A DNA stretch of 63,339 nucleotides, filler included, from Octopus bimaculoides (GCF_001194135.2; 6 parts of 6 records of this genome joined end to end with filler, not necessarily neighbours in it); one strand, 5' to 3'; positions 24,765 through 37,895 are shown, numbered from the whole stretch's first letter. The notes: generated by a model from the letters alone, not told the origin. Numbers and translations are program-made.

Positions 24765-25110
24765 GCAGTGTCGTAAGAACGTTGGCGGATACTCTGTGGT
24801 ATTTGTTCCAACTCCTTACGTCTTGAGTTCAAATTTCACTACGTTCCACTTTCAGGGTCAATAAAATAAGCATTAGTTGAGCGTGGGAATTAATTGTTTC
24901 TGTCTCTAGTAGAAAGAATTATTAATAATTCGTTTCAAATTTGGACAGCAAATTTGAACTGATAAAATTAGTCGACAACACTGACTTCAATACTTAACTA
25001 TGGTGCTTATTTCATCGACACCTGGAGGCTGGAAGACAATGTTGACCTCGACAGGATTTGAACTCAGAATGCGAAGCAGCGGCTAAAGCATTATTTCCGA
25101 TGCTCCCCTG
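24765..25110. mobile_element. Two diverged SINE family C copies in opposite orientation (24765-24885 +, 24935-25110 -)
   Basis: GAGTTCAAATT and AATAAAATAAG on the + strand; GTTGACCTCGACAGGATTTGAACTCAGAA for the minus copy. Confidence 0.65.
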
Positions 25111-26194
25111 ATTCAATCTGAGCACAATATAGTTGGAACTTATTATTAGTATTTAGTTTATAGAAGTCTGAGGAATGAGGGATTGCAAAAGGGCTGTATA
25201 AGATTTGAACTCATCACGTAATCCTCGGGACTTTTCAAATTCACTCTGTAGATTGAGTAAGTATAGATTGTGCACTGGAGTGCATATAATCGACAATCTC
25301 CTTACCCCAAAATTGTTGACCTTGTGCCAGGATACATTTTTCGTTTGTTAGTGGAAAAGAAAATCTAAAATCTAGAAACTGCTGGCATCTACATGCTTTG
25401 GTATATAATACAATTTTCGAGAACGGTCACAACTCACGAATCCATCCTCTAAACAAATAAACCAATTATGGAAAGATTAATTTGGATATAACAACTCTCA
25501 TTTGCCATAAATAATAAAAACATTCCGCTGAAATTGTAGCTGGCGCAGCTGCATAAATTCCTGAAATGCAAGTCATTGGTACCGTAGCAGCAAAATGAAT
25601 GGAAATGTGGAAAACAATTTTTTTTGTAGCTTGAATTGCAAGATTCATATTGTGAACGCATGTATTAAAACATATTTCATTTTATCTCGGTGGGGTGGGG
25701 TTATTATGCCAATAATAAAAAAACATGCGCTGGTTGCATTTCATGTCTTTATTCTGTATTTGTCAATGGTAGGTGACGGTACCTCTCCTAGTGTTTAGTG
25801 CACTGCGCTCAGGATTGTAAGATCATATTTTGGCTTCCCGGCACTGGCGATGCACTGTGTTCTTCATTCCAAGCAATAATTGGGAGGTTGAATCTGCGAC
25901 GAATTGATGTAACGTTCAGAGGGATATTAGGGAATATTTTTCTACATTCAAAATGAGGTGAAGTCGTATAAGATGACTCCTACGAGGAACAAAATGCAAG
26001 TTTGTCCCCTGTGAAATTCGAACTTACAGAGAAGAGAGCAAAACTAAATACTTTACGTGCTGAGTATAGTTTCCCTTTATTGACCCCCTCCCCCCATGTG
26101 AATGAGATGCATATCGGTGCAACGAAATTCAAAAATAGACACAGATTTATGCGCACATACACACACAAACGAACACGCACACACATATGTATGT

Positions 26195-26390
26195 ATATAT
26201 ATATGGGAGAATGTGCGAAAAAACAACAACAGACGAGGACAGGTGGTGTAAACAACAAAAGGATGTATTAGTTTGACGCTCGGGAATACAGAAAGTCTTT
26301 AACGTTTCGAGCTACGCTCTTCAACAGAAAGAATACGGAGAAAACAAGGAGAAAAACACGGAGAAAAAAAAATTGAATGGTGTTTGAAAA
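26195..26390 (-). mobile_element. Short interspersed repeat carrying a hammerhead fold (partial second copy at ~7730-7790)
   Basis: CTTTTGTT.TTTACACCACCTGTCCTCGTCTGTTGTT...TTCTCCCATATAT is shared with 7730-7790 on the + strand. Confidence 0.7.
26265..26336 (-). ncRNA. Minimal type I hammerhead ribozyme fold with one core substitution
   Basis: Minus strand reads GTATTCTTT-CTGTTGA-A-GAGC gta GCTC-GAAA-CGT...GCGT-C-AAACTAATAC. Stems I, II and III all pair, the cleavage triplet is GUC (26277-26275), and core A6 is changed to U. Confidence 0.6.
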
Positions 26391-27780
26391 AATTTAAATG
26401 AGAGTTTTGACGCTAATATCCATTATTATTGAAGTTTATTACCTATGTCAACATTTCTGTATAAGGTTATATTTGACTGTCAATTCAAGTTAAATAAGTA
26501 AATAACCTTACACATCCTCATGGTAAAAAGGAAAAAGTAAANNNNNNNNNNNNNNNNNNNNNNNNNNNNNNNNNNNNNNNNNNNNNNNNNNNNNNNNNNN
26601 NNNNNNNNNNNNNNNNNNNNNNNNNNNNNNNNNNNNNNNNNNNNNNNNNNNNNATATATATATTGACATCATGGGAATTTTAGATACTTTCGAGTGAACA
26701 TGAAACAATCTTTTGGGGAAACAGTGTATCTCGAGGCACACACGTAAAGCTATAAATGCATGCTATTTGTGTCCAGATATACCACACCTAAAAAGAATTA
26801 TATGTATGTGCATGTGTGCATGTACGTGTCTATATGCGCGCGTGCGGTTATGTACGTATGTATATACGTACAAGGAAAGGCACAACCATCATCTCAGTTT
26901 CCAAGTAAAACGTGAGTCTTTAGAATTTATCTTAAGCGATTAATGTAATTCAATATTTTTCTTATATACATATATACATACATACGTACCTACACGTAGT
27001 ACTTACAGTTTTTTCTTATCTAAATTACATACATGCATATATATATACATACATACATGCATACATTTAGATGACCAAACTTGCAAATTCAAGTATTTGG
27101 CAGGTATCAAATATGTTAGGAAGCCCCATTGCAAAATTAATGTGTTTATATACGAGTTAACATGTTAACATGTATATAGGTGATTGTTTATATATGAAAG
27201 TATACTTGTACTCGTGTATATTGCTTTATAGGTAGTTTTTCACATTTTTATCAGTTCTTTAAATCATGAAGCATTCATGATCAAAACTTTCCTTCAAAAT
27301 CAACGCCAGCATTTTGTGAATATAGGAATTATGTATTCTGTTGCGTTTTCCTAGAAATTGCTAGACTCACTCCTTATATCTAGAGTCTGTACTTTACCGA
27401 AATACAACAGGCTTGTCACACAGAGAACGTTTCCGATTACTTTTGCGTATCTTCTCATATATGTATCCTATAAGATCATTTACGGGAAAAGTCTTTGAAT
27501 ACGTATATAAAAGCTCCTATTTCATTATTTCGACTACAGCTTAATTATACCAACTTGCAATTGTTGTTTCATGGGATTGTACCGAGCTGTGCTGATATAA
27601 TGTAGGATAAATATAATAATAATAATGATTTCATTTATTTCTCACAAGGGCGAAGGATGAGGGGGCAATACAAGGACAGACATAAAGTGTGTAGGGATTG
27701 CATATAATAATAAAATGATTTTAAAAAAGTATACACGGTATACACTGCAAAAAGAGACATATGCATAGCATAGAAAAGTA

Positions 27781-27871
27781 AAGAAGAAGAAGAAGAAGAA
27801 GAAGAAGAAGAAGAAGAAGAAGAAGAAGAAGAAGAAGAAGAAGAAGAAGAAGAAGAAGAAGAAGAAGAAGA
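27781..27871. repeat. (GAA)n microsatellite
   Basis: Directly visible in the sequence. Confidence 0.95.
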
Positions 27872-28087
27872 TTTAAATTTTTGGCACGAGGCAAGCAATT
27901 TTGGAGGTGGGATAAGTCAATTTTTCTCTACCGTCCACACCATTTCCCCTCGCCAAGCTTTCAGTTATATTTCGACCTCTCTTAACCTTCACTTACCCTA
28001 GAGAGTTGGATGTGTCCCGGCAAGTGATTGCATCAAACATACAGATTAAAAGCAAACAACAGTGCTAATAATAATAATAATAATAAT

Positions 28088-28489
28088 GAATTAAACACAA
28101 CGACATGAAAGAAAAGACAAAAAGAGAGTACCTGCGGCGAGTGAGAAAAATATTGTCTTCAAAGTTGAAAGCCTGAAACAATTTCGGCAGTAAACTCCTG
28201 AAGTGGACAGAGGCGAACTAAAGGGGATGGACAGGAACTCGAGATAGCTCCTGTCGACGCATGGAGCCCATCATCCACGTGCAGACACTGATTGCCTATA
28301 CATGACGAAACCAAGTGGTGAAAGAGGATTGGTAAGTATGGAAGATTGTGTACGTATCAAATTCGAGAGCTTAATGTGATACCTAGCCCAAAGTAAGGAA
28401 ACGTTGCTAATATCAGTTAGGAACGAGGGAGTATTGAAAGCAAAGAAGAAGAGGAAAATCAAAGAAAGAATTACGCAACAAAGGACTAC
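28088..28489 (+). mobile_element. R4/Dong-like RT thumb fragment preceded by (TAA)n
   Basis: IKHNDMKEKTKREYLRRVRKILSSKL...HGAHHPRADTDCLYM...GERGLVSMEDCV. Confidence 0.8.
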
Positions 28490-28735
28490 ACAATCAATTC
28501 AAATTTTGCTACCTGATCGTGTCGCCACAAACTGTAATGGTTTTGGGAAAGTCTAGGGCATTCGTTTGTGATATGAGCAATGGTTTTATCAACTCTATTA
28601 CAGATGCGGCACAGTGGAGACATTTGCTCATTCCAAAGTTTGACCCTCCAGTTGGTGGCCAAAGCTTGGTCTTGCGCTGCCAGCGATAGATCGGGGCTTG
28701 TGGGGTCGGAACGTGGCCTGATCATCGCTTCATTT
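28490..28735 (-). mobile_element. R4/Dong-like CCHC zinc-knuckle fragment, inverted relative to its neighbour
   Basis: AAQDQALATNWRVK...CRICNRVDKTIAHITNECPRLSQNHYSLWRHDQVA. Confidence 0.8.
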
Positions 28736-28861
28736 GTATTGTCCCTGTATTGCTAATTTCATTCGATTTTTTATATATTTTATTTAATTCTTTAAAAGTC
28801 ACATTTTATGTAAAATCAAACCGATTCACTGATCCCATCAGTTGTTCTGTTCATTTCTATG

Positions 28862-29255
28862 TTTAGCCCCTGGTGGGCAATAAAGAAATTGGTATTTTAT
28901 CTGCCGCTACTTTCTGAGTTCAAACTCCACCGAGGTCGACTTTGCCTTTCATCCTTTCGGGGTCGATTAAATAAGTACAAGTTACGCACTGGGGTCGATA
29001 TAATCGACTTAATCCGTTTGTGTGTCCTTGTTTGTCCCCTTTGTGTGTAGCCCCTTGTGGGTAGTAAAGCAATAAGAAATGTTAGCATGCCGGGCGAAAT
29101 GCTTAGCGGTATTTCGTTTGTCTTTACGTTCTAAATTCAAATTCCGCCGAGGTTGACTTTGTCTTTAGTGGGTTGATAAATTAAATACCAGTTGCGTACT
29201 GGGGTCGATCTAACCCAAAATTTCGGGCCTTGTGCCTAGAGTAGAAAAGAATATA
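28862..29255 (+). mobile_element. Two head-to-tail SINE family C copies with different tails (28862-29075 and 29078-29255)
   Basis: The first ends CCCCTTGTGGGTAGTAAAGCAATAAG; the second ends GGGCCTTGTGCCTAGAGTAGAAAAG. Confidence 0.85.
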
Positions 29256-29606
29256 TTCAACTTCATGGCACGTAATAAGTATTTAAAATTAAAGCGCAAG
29301 ATAAAATTAACCGTCTGAAAGCTGTTTAATGACGTGACAAACTGATTAGGTAAAGCTAAGAAAAATTCTTATAGCTTATTCAGTAAGCACGCCAACCGGA
29401 TATCAATGGGGTTCTCATCGTCAGGAAATATATGGTCTCATATTACCAACATCGCATCCTTAAGCGATTTGCGAATGAGAGATTTCAACAAGAAATATGT
29501 TTAGTCAACAATCAGTATGTCCAAAAATATCTACCTCGCTAAGTTTTCTACTCATTTTCACTCATACCGAGGCTTCCATTAGAAATAAAGCGTGCAATAT
29601 ATGAAT

Positions 29607-29660
<54 letters not shown>

Positions 29661-29964
29661 AGAGAGAGAGGGAGAAAGAGAGAGAGGTTTGTATGTGTGT
29701 ATAGGCATTTGTACTACAACCAAAATACTTGAAATTTGGAGGGAGGGATCTTAGTTGATTATATCGACCCCAGAAGTATAGTATTTGAACTCAAAACAAA
29801 GGGACTTTATAGCACTACAGCTGTTTCGTTACGAGATTTAAACATCACATAAATTTAGCGGTGTAACACAATTATTGGATATACCACTTTTTTATGTTAA
29901 ATACATTCCTTGCAACTCGTATGTACAAATTAATTGGTGGTAGGAATACTATATTGACTTATAA

Positions 29965-30185
29965 ACCTTTAATATACTTCTTCTTGTCTTGTATGAGCAA
30001 TTGCCTGAGAGGTGCTAGCCGGCTCCTATTGAGTTCACCGCGTCACAGGTCAAGGCGGTTCACGTACGTCCGTTGGCGGCCGATTCTTCAGCGTGTTGAA
30101 AACATTCCCGGTTCCAGCGATGAGCGCCAAGGACTCCAGGTCCGGAAATGAGCTCCATATCTGCTTTGACTGTCGTCATCAAATT
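29965..30185 (-). mobile_element. RTE LINE 3'-terminal fragment
   Basis: TTVKADMELISGPGVLGAHRWNRE...DAVNSIGAG followed by an (AAGAC/AAG) tail. Confidence 0.6.
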
Positions 30186-30309
30186 AATAAAAGACGAGAT
30201 ATTGCAATAGCTCAGGAATTCAAGGGCTTACAGCTTGTAGGGACACTGTATTTCGTTATGCCACTATAATATATTACCAAGTATATTAAATGGAGATCAT
30301 CGAATCTAT

Positions 30310-31570
30310 TTCTTATCTCAAGTTGAAAACGTGATCCACTTCGGGGCACTGAAGTCTGTTTGTATCCACTGTAGTGGAAGATGTAGCCTTTCTAAGGGAT
30401 TTAAAGCGGAGGCGTAGCTTGGCACGAACTAGCATATAGTTGGAACCATTGGAGTTTCTTGTTGCTTCTCCTCTGTAAACGCGACAATCGAAGACACAAC
30501 TAGATCGCACTAGAATATAAACATTTGATTGGCTGTTCGACCTGAGTACAAGGTCAGGAGGTGTCTAATACAGTGCGCGGAACAAGTGTTTGTAACCAGC
30601 ATCTTGTTTATTGCTGCCAAGCTAATCATGCGATCGCCATTCGCGAGTGGTTTCCTACACCACATTCGCCGACTATACCCCGTGTGGCGGCATCATATTG
30701 GCCTGCCTGGGCATTCGAGTCACTATCCACAGTCAGCATATCACCTGACAGGACTCCACGTTGGAGAGACTGAAGTGCATCATAAAATAATAAAATGGAT
30801 CCTTTGACGAATTTTCAATATCAAGGGTTGGTGCACACACAACAATGATCGTGATGTTGAAGATGGAACTTATGAAACGGATTCGAATAAGACGTACAGA
30901 AACCGGTTCCAATACCAACAGTGCCACGTTCGCAGTGTCACTTAGCGCCAGAGTGACGCCATTTTGACTCGAGTTGTCAGACACATCACTGTAGTAAATA
31001 TGGTGTGGCTTTCGATTGTGACAACCGAATGACTTTGTGACCGGAATCTGCTAGTCGAGCGTCGGAAAGGCAAGCGACATCGACACTGTATTTATTGAGC
31101 ATGGGCATGGTGAGCGTTTGTGCTTCTGTTGATAAAAACGTGCAGACATTCCAACAAACCATGAAACTGCATCTCCTGTGATTGAGAAGAGCCATCTAGT
31201 GCATTGTTCTCCTGCCCCAATGGTGCAGAGCAGAGCGCTTCGATTGTGCGGAAGTTGTAGCATTTACCGTATAGTTGTTTCGTTGTGAGTTCATAGGAGA
31301 TCAAGGGATGATCAGAGTCCGCGAAAACTTTTCCCGTCTGTATCTGTAAGCTACCACATACGACCGGTGGCAGGTCCTCCTCGTGTTACGCCTTCTTGCC
31401 TCAGGATGCCCGCATACGTGATCCGACGCCACTAGAAAGCCGCCAGATTCCGAAATAGATGTCTCCTGGAATTAATCATTGCTCTCCAGTTAGCCAGGTT
31501 GCGGCCCTAGCAACGCCGGTGTCAGATCTGTCCGCCTTGGGTGGTCCTGACACTCATTCGTTTAACCTTC
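30310..31570 (-). mobile_element. RTE LINE 5' region with a decayed APE endonuclease
   Basis: CWNVCTFL...KYSVDVACLSDARL; NITIIVVCAPTLDIENSSKDPFY; DCRVYRGE...SNYMLVRAKLRLRFK. Confidence 0.85.
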
Positions 31571-31589
31571 TCACCACGATGAGGTCAAG

Positions 31590-32545
31590 AATTGGACTTT
31601 GAGGAAGGTTGAGGAACAACGCTGGTGCTATCAACAGACCACCGTGATGTGCTTTGTCTACTTTGCAGCGGCCTGTGATACGGTGGACCGTACCATCTTA
31701 TTGGAAGCCACGAGGCAAGATGGTTTTCCAGCCGAGCTCTTCAACCTTATCCGTGCGTATTATGCCTACCATACAAGAACCAGACTTCATCGTTCAAACG
31801 GATGTTCGCCAAGGTGGTGTCCTATCACACACTCTTCAATTTCGTCATCGATTGGATACTCAACCAAGGTCTAGATGGTCACTTGAGGCCCAGAGTAGGA
31901 CGCGACTTCTCGGTCCAAGAGTTGGAATGAAGATCAACGTCTAGAAAACGAAGACCCTTTCAGCGAACATACCTCCCTCTTCCAGGGTCACTATACATCT
32001 TGATGGAGAGGCTATGGAAGAGGTTAAGGAGTTCAAATATCTCCGATCCATCTTTACCGACGTTGGCCAGAGGAAGGACGAGATCCTTATTCGGATCAAA
32101 CATGCGTGATCGGCCGTATGACGCCTCCATACGTGTTTGTCATCGCATCGGGAAATCTGCCATGCGATGAAATGCCCTATTTACCAGTTCTCCTCTATGT
32201 TTATGAGACCTGGTCAATGCGTGTTGCTGATCTCCAGAAGCTGGATGTCTTCGATCGCTTCTGTATTCGTCATCTTCTGCGACTGCGATCTCAGACTGCA
32301 TTTCGAACTGACAACTTTACGCTCGCTGCGGTGGTTTGGTCACGCATTGCCACGCCCCCAGGACGAACTCATCCGGGTTAGTGTAAGCGGAGAGGTGGTC
32401 AGCTGAAGGGATGTGGTTGGATGGTCACTTCTTGCATCGCTCCCTGAGCCTGTGGGCGCAGTTTAAGATGGAAGAAGGTGCATCCGTCGCCTTTTTTTGC
32501 ATCCATATTGAGGATCGGGGTATTTAGGAGGGTATTTGGAGTGAA
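31590..32545 (+). mobile_element. RTE LINE reverse-transcriptase fragment
   Basis: MCFVYFAAACDTVDR...LIRAYY; VRQGGVLS; EEVKEFKYL; LDVFDRFCIRHLLRL; LRWFGHAL. Confidence 0.85.
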
Positions 32546-32557
32546 AATGAGGCCAAG

Positions 32558-32620
<63 letters not shown>

Positions 32621-33270
32621 TGTGCCCGCATGAATATATGCGTACTGTATGTGCCTGTATGAATGCATGTATATACACTCCTATATATATGTATATGTAT
32701 ATAAATATGTGTATATATATGTATATATATACATTTACATTTATGTACACACACACACACACACACACACANNNNNNNNNNNNNNNNNNNNNNNNNNNNN
32801 NNNNNNNNNNNNNNNTTAATTAATTAANNNNNNNNNNNNNNNNNNNNNNNNNNNNNNNNNNNNNNNNNNNNATATATATATACATATATATATATGTGAA
32901 CACACACACACATATATATATATATATATGTATATATGTAGGCATATAAATACACAGGTACTCGACGTGCGCACACACACATGTGCACATGAATATACAT
33001 GTATGTATATATTTATACTTATACACATATGTGACATACACATATGTCTATCTCCATACTTAGAGAAGGTCACGTTTTGTGTATTATATTCTTTTCTATG
33101 ACATCTGTGTCTTTGTTGGCCTATTTCTCTCTCTCCCCCCCCTCTCTCTCTCTCTCCCTCTCTCTCTCTCTCTCTCCCTCTCTCTCTCACCGTCTCTCTC
33201 TCTCTTCTCCAGTCTCCATCTTTTTCGTGCAAGTAGTATATATACAGGCATACCTGCGTACATGAGTATA

Positions 33271-33305
<35 letters not shown>

Positions 33306-33557
33306 ATGCATACACGCTGGCAGAAACAGACATACATACACACATATACGCACACACACACACACACANNNNNNNNNNNNNNNNNNNNNNNNNNNNNNNN
33401 NNNNNNNNNNNNNNNNNNNNNNNNNNNNNNNNNNNNNNNNNNNNNNNNNNNNNNNNNNNNNNNNNNNNNNNNNNNNNNNNNNNNNNNNNNNNNNNNNNNN
33501 NNNNNNNNNNNNNNNNNNNNNNNNNNNNNNNNNNNNNNNNNNNNNNNNNNNNNNNNN

Positions 33558-33600
<43 letters not shown>

Positions 33601-34949
33601 TACATACACTCACAGCTGTATATGTATAAGTATGTCTGTCTGTCTGTGTCGATGTGCATCTGTATCTATAAGCATCTCTATATCCGTCATATATATATAT
33701 ATATATATTAATATTTCTGTTACTGTATTTTAGTGTCGGTCTGTAAATATCATAGCATCCTGTGGTTTTATTTTATCCATTTTATACATTTCCTCGTGGA
33801 AACTTTATTTTTTCATATCATCTTATTCATCTCTCACCAATATCCCACATACTGCTAAATTTATCTCTATATCTCACTTTACTTTCCTTTCTACAACTTC
33901 GCATCGAGTGTTTTTTCTTTCCGCGCTCATATTTTCTTAATATTAAGTCTTTTGTTCCATAACTTCGCACATTCTATCATTCTATGTTTGTATATATCTT
34001 ACTTAATATTATTCGGCTCATGTATTATACGTATCGTCGTGTTTTTTTGTACGTTTATATATACATACATACAAATATATATANNNNNNNNNNGTGTGTG
34101 TATGTGTGGTATATATGTATGCACACTTGTGTATGAATGTATATAAGTGTTTGTGACAATGTGTGTTTGTACATAAGCATGTGTATAAGTATTTCTATTA
34201 CCATATGCCCCTGTATGTGTTCAAAAGCATTTGTTTCTGTTCTATAATTTATAAAGTTTTATCATCCTGCCTTGGCAACAATCAGCTGTATTATTTTACT
34301 CGTGTGTACTATACACATAGATACATACACACAAACACACGCACATATATATATATATATGTATATGTGTATGTGCATATGTATGCATACATATATATGT
34401 GTGTGTGTGTGAGAGAAAGAAAGAAAGAAAGAAAGAAAAAAAAGAACGAGAGATTATACAAATGACTAGTGATCAAAAAATTATGTAATGATCTCCATTA
34501 CCTTACAGCTTTTTCGTTCATAAGTTGCAATGTGCACATATTTGACTATTCATTCCGTTGCCTTTCGTAGGTAAGATTTGAACTCAAAATATGGAGAGCC
34601 GGAAGATATATGCAAAGCATTTCTGCCGATGCGCCATAGGTTCTGCCACTCTGGACCCACAGACTATGTGAAAAGAAATGCTTTGCTCAAGAATACAACG
34701 CACCGCCCAGTTTGACAACCGAACCCTGTTGTAGATATCGTGACTTTCACACTTTAAACTCTAGGCCACATGTCTCAACAGACTATTATTCACTGGTAAA
34801 GTGCAACTACAACACTTTATGGACATATACTTGAGATCCAGGAAGGACGTGGACCAAAACGTTGAGCGCCTAATATTATTACCTGCTGCGGATAGCTCGT
34901 GGGCTCGTCAATCTTGGAATAGAATTTCTCTTTCTTTCTTAAGCAATAT

Positions 34950-36400
34950 TACCAAAATTAACGGAATGACGTAACAGTATAAGCGGCAAAATATTGTAAA
35001 TTCACGCAATTTCTCACAAAAGTCTATCAAAACTTTCCAATTTGTCACTCGCAATGTAACAAGTATTGTAACATTAAAATTATTCTGCACGCAAAGAAAT
35101 TTATTTTCTATTTAGAAAAGTCATTCCGGAATAAAATAATTTACAAACGAAACGAACTGTTTGCCGTTTCCTTGTAACCATATGATGTCGTCTAATTGTG
35201 CGAAAATATTGGAATCTCTATGTTGAACGCTTCCATAAATTATTTCTAACTTTGTGCAGAGGTTTCTACAGAGATAATGGCTCTCTTGTCAAACTCAGTA
35301 TCATAAGCTAGAGATCATTACAGACGATATCATATAATTATCTTGTAAAATAGGTTTAAGGATTATAATCTCAGTACATTTATTTCTCTGACTATCCAAA
35401 CAAATAATTTTACTCATGCGCAGAGTTACGTTCAGAATCTTATTTACGATTATTTTATATAAATAGTTGTTCCACTCATCCATATGACTATCATTTTATG
35501 ACATTTACTTCCTAATATTAGTAAACTTATATCCTCCCTTATTTTCAGCGGAGCTCACGTTAACTTGTGTCTCTCGATATTATAAGCTTCGTCCTAGTCA
35601 TGACTGACTTTAATGTTAAGATGCATTACTCAACCCATTTTGTTGTCTCCAAGAGAAAAATTCGACCAACAAACATATTTAAAGTATAAGAAAACTTCTA
35701 TTTTAAACGTTTAGATACACTTCCAAGAGATTTTAAATTTAGTCTTCAGTTTCTTATGAATCTCTGATAAAAACATTTTGGAAATCACTTCAATTAGTTA
35801 AGGCTAGCGGTATTACAAATACATTGCTGGCTCCATACGCCTTTCAAATCCAGAACCTTTTCCAATAATAATCATAGAACTCCGTCATCTACTTTAGTTG
35901 TATTATCCAATCAGCTGCTCTGTTAACGGAAGTTTTACTCTCTAAATCTTGACTATGTTATCCTGCGACCCAAATAGAAAACGACAGCATCCTGGGAAAT
36001 TATACTGTTTAAGCCAAAGCTAGCTATGAATTAACTTTTGTAAATATATTCGTACACGAAAGAAACAGGGAAATTATTTTTTCCATAATCTTTTCCTCGT
36101 ACATATTGTTCTTAAAATAATCAAGACCGACCACAGTTAACACGCGATTGACAATGTCAGGCGACGCATTACCTCCATAGTAATTTTCGTTAAAGTTTAC
36201 GTCGTAATTTTTGCTTAAGTGAGAAATTATATGAATTTCTAGACACCAAACACTATCAGGGATGTACAAATATAGACAAACAACGAAGAAATTACTTGTA
36301 AACTTTCTGTCTTCAAGTAGTTTATTCAAGCAGCAACATGTTCGTTATATAATTGAAAACATAAGAAAACTGAGAATAGCCTGCAACAACAATATTTTAA
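34950..36400 (-). mobile_element. Possible highly decayed L1/Tx1-like LINE remnant
   Basis: Weak motifs only (IVNRVLTVV...EKIISLFL; GVWSQ). Non-microsatellite AT-rich block with many stops. Confidence 0.25.
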
Positions 36401-36527
36401 AGATAACTAAAAGCTCTCAAATTGTTTCTCTTCCAATCTAGAATTTACACACGGACGGGAACGTCAAGTTTAAATCGTTTCTACAATACATATTTCTCTT
36501 TTCTTTTACTTTCTAATTGTTTCAGAT

Positions 36528-37200
36528 TGGAGGCGCAATAGCCCAGTGCTTAGAGCAGCGGGATCGTGGTCATAGGATCGCAGGTTCGATTCCCAGATAG
36601 GGCGCTGTGAGTGTTTATTGAGCGAAAACACCTAAAAGTTCCACGAGGCTCCGACAGGAGGTGGTGGCGAACCCTTGCCGTATTCGTTCACCACAACTTT
36701 CTCTCACTCTTTCTTTCTGTTTCTGTTGTACCTGTATTTTAAAGGGCCAGCCTTGTCACACTGTGTCATGCTAAATCTCCCTGAGAGTTACATTAAGGGT
36801 ACACGTGTCTGAGTGGAGGCGCAATGGCCCAGTGGTTAGGGCAGCAGACTCGCGGTCATAGAATCGCACTTTCGATTCCCAGACCGGGCGTTGTGAGTGT
36901 TTATTGAGCGGTGAAAACACCTAAAAGCTCCAGAAGACTCCAGCAGAGAGCGATGGCAAATCCTACTGTACTCTTTCACCACAGCCTTCTCTCACTCTTT
37001 CTTTCTGTTTCTGTTGTACCTGTATTTCAAAGGGGCCAGCCTTGTCACACTCTGTGTCACGTTGAATCTCCCTGAGAGTTGCATTAAGGGTACACGTGTC
37101 TGTGGAGTGCTCAGCCACTTGCACGCTAATTTCACGAGTAGGCTATTCCGTTGATCGGTTCAACTGGAACCCTCGTCGTCGTAACCGACGGAGTACAACG
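36528..37200 (+). mobile_element. SINE family A head-to-tail dimer (partial 36528-36812 plus full 36813-37200) within one TSD
   Basis: Two A heads are present. The 10-bp TTGTTTCAGA lies at 36517-36526 and 37203-37212. Confidence 0.9.
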
Positions 37201-37369
37201 ACTTGTTTCAGACATTAGACTACAGCCATGCTGAATCTATCCCACTACAGTGTTTTAAGCCCGGTATTTATTGAATAGGTCTCTTCTACCGAAATGTTAA
37301 TTCACGGGAAAGTGAACTCACCAACACTGCTTTTCAAGCTGTGGGAAGGAGGGAACAAACAAAGAAACA

Positions 37370-37572
37370 CGGACACAAAGACACACACACACACACATAT
37401 ACATATACGACAGGCTTCTTTCAGTTTCGGGTCTACAAAGTTCACTTGGAAGGCTTTGGTCGGCCTGAAGATGTATTAGACAACAATCACACAAGGCGCC
37501 ACGCAGTGAGGCTGAATCTGGGACCATGTGCTTCGAAAGAAGACATCTTTCCATACAGCCACACCTGCGCCT
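37370..37572 (-). mobile_element. SINE family B head plus internal microsatellite
   Basis: AGGCGCAGGTGTGGCTGTATGG...GGAAACTGAAAGAAGCCTGTCGTATATG-like sequence on the minus strand. Confidence 0.8.
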
Positions 37573-37749
37573 ATATATGTACGTATGTACATTTTCTAGA
37601 TATGTGTATATATGTGTGTTATATAGAATCGCATACATGCATGTACATATATTCTTGTTTCTGTGTGAGTGCGCATTTCTATATAAAAGGAAGATTCGTT
37701 TTGTAGATCTGATATCTCTTGCTGCAGTTCTCTAACAATATTTTAGTTG

Positions 37750-37895
37750 AAGGGCAGCGAGCTGGCAGAAACTTTAGCATGCTAGGGTCGATTAAATAAG
37801 TAACAGTTACGCACTGGGGTCAATCTAATCGACTTAATGCTTTTGTCTGTCCTTGTTTGTCCCCTCTGTGTTTAGCCCTCTGTGGGTAATAACGA
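37750..37895 (+). mobile_element. SINE family C with internal deletion
   Basis: GGCAGCGAGCTGGCAGAAAC is joined directly to GGGTCGATTAAATAAGTA, skipping the B box. Confidence 0.8.

Noticed and set aside
28088-28735. Twin-priming explanation for the inverted Dong-like pieces
   Set aside because: The pieces converge, whereas twin priming yields divergent pieces.
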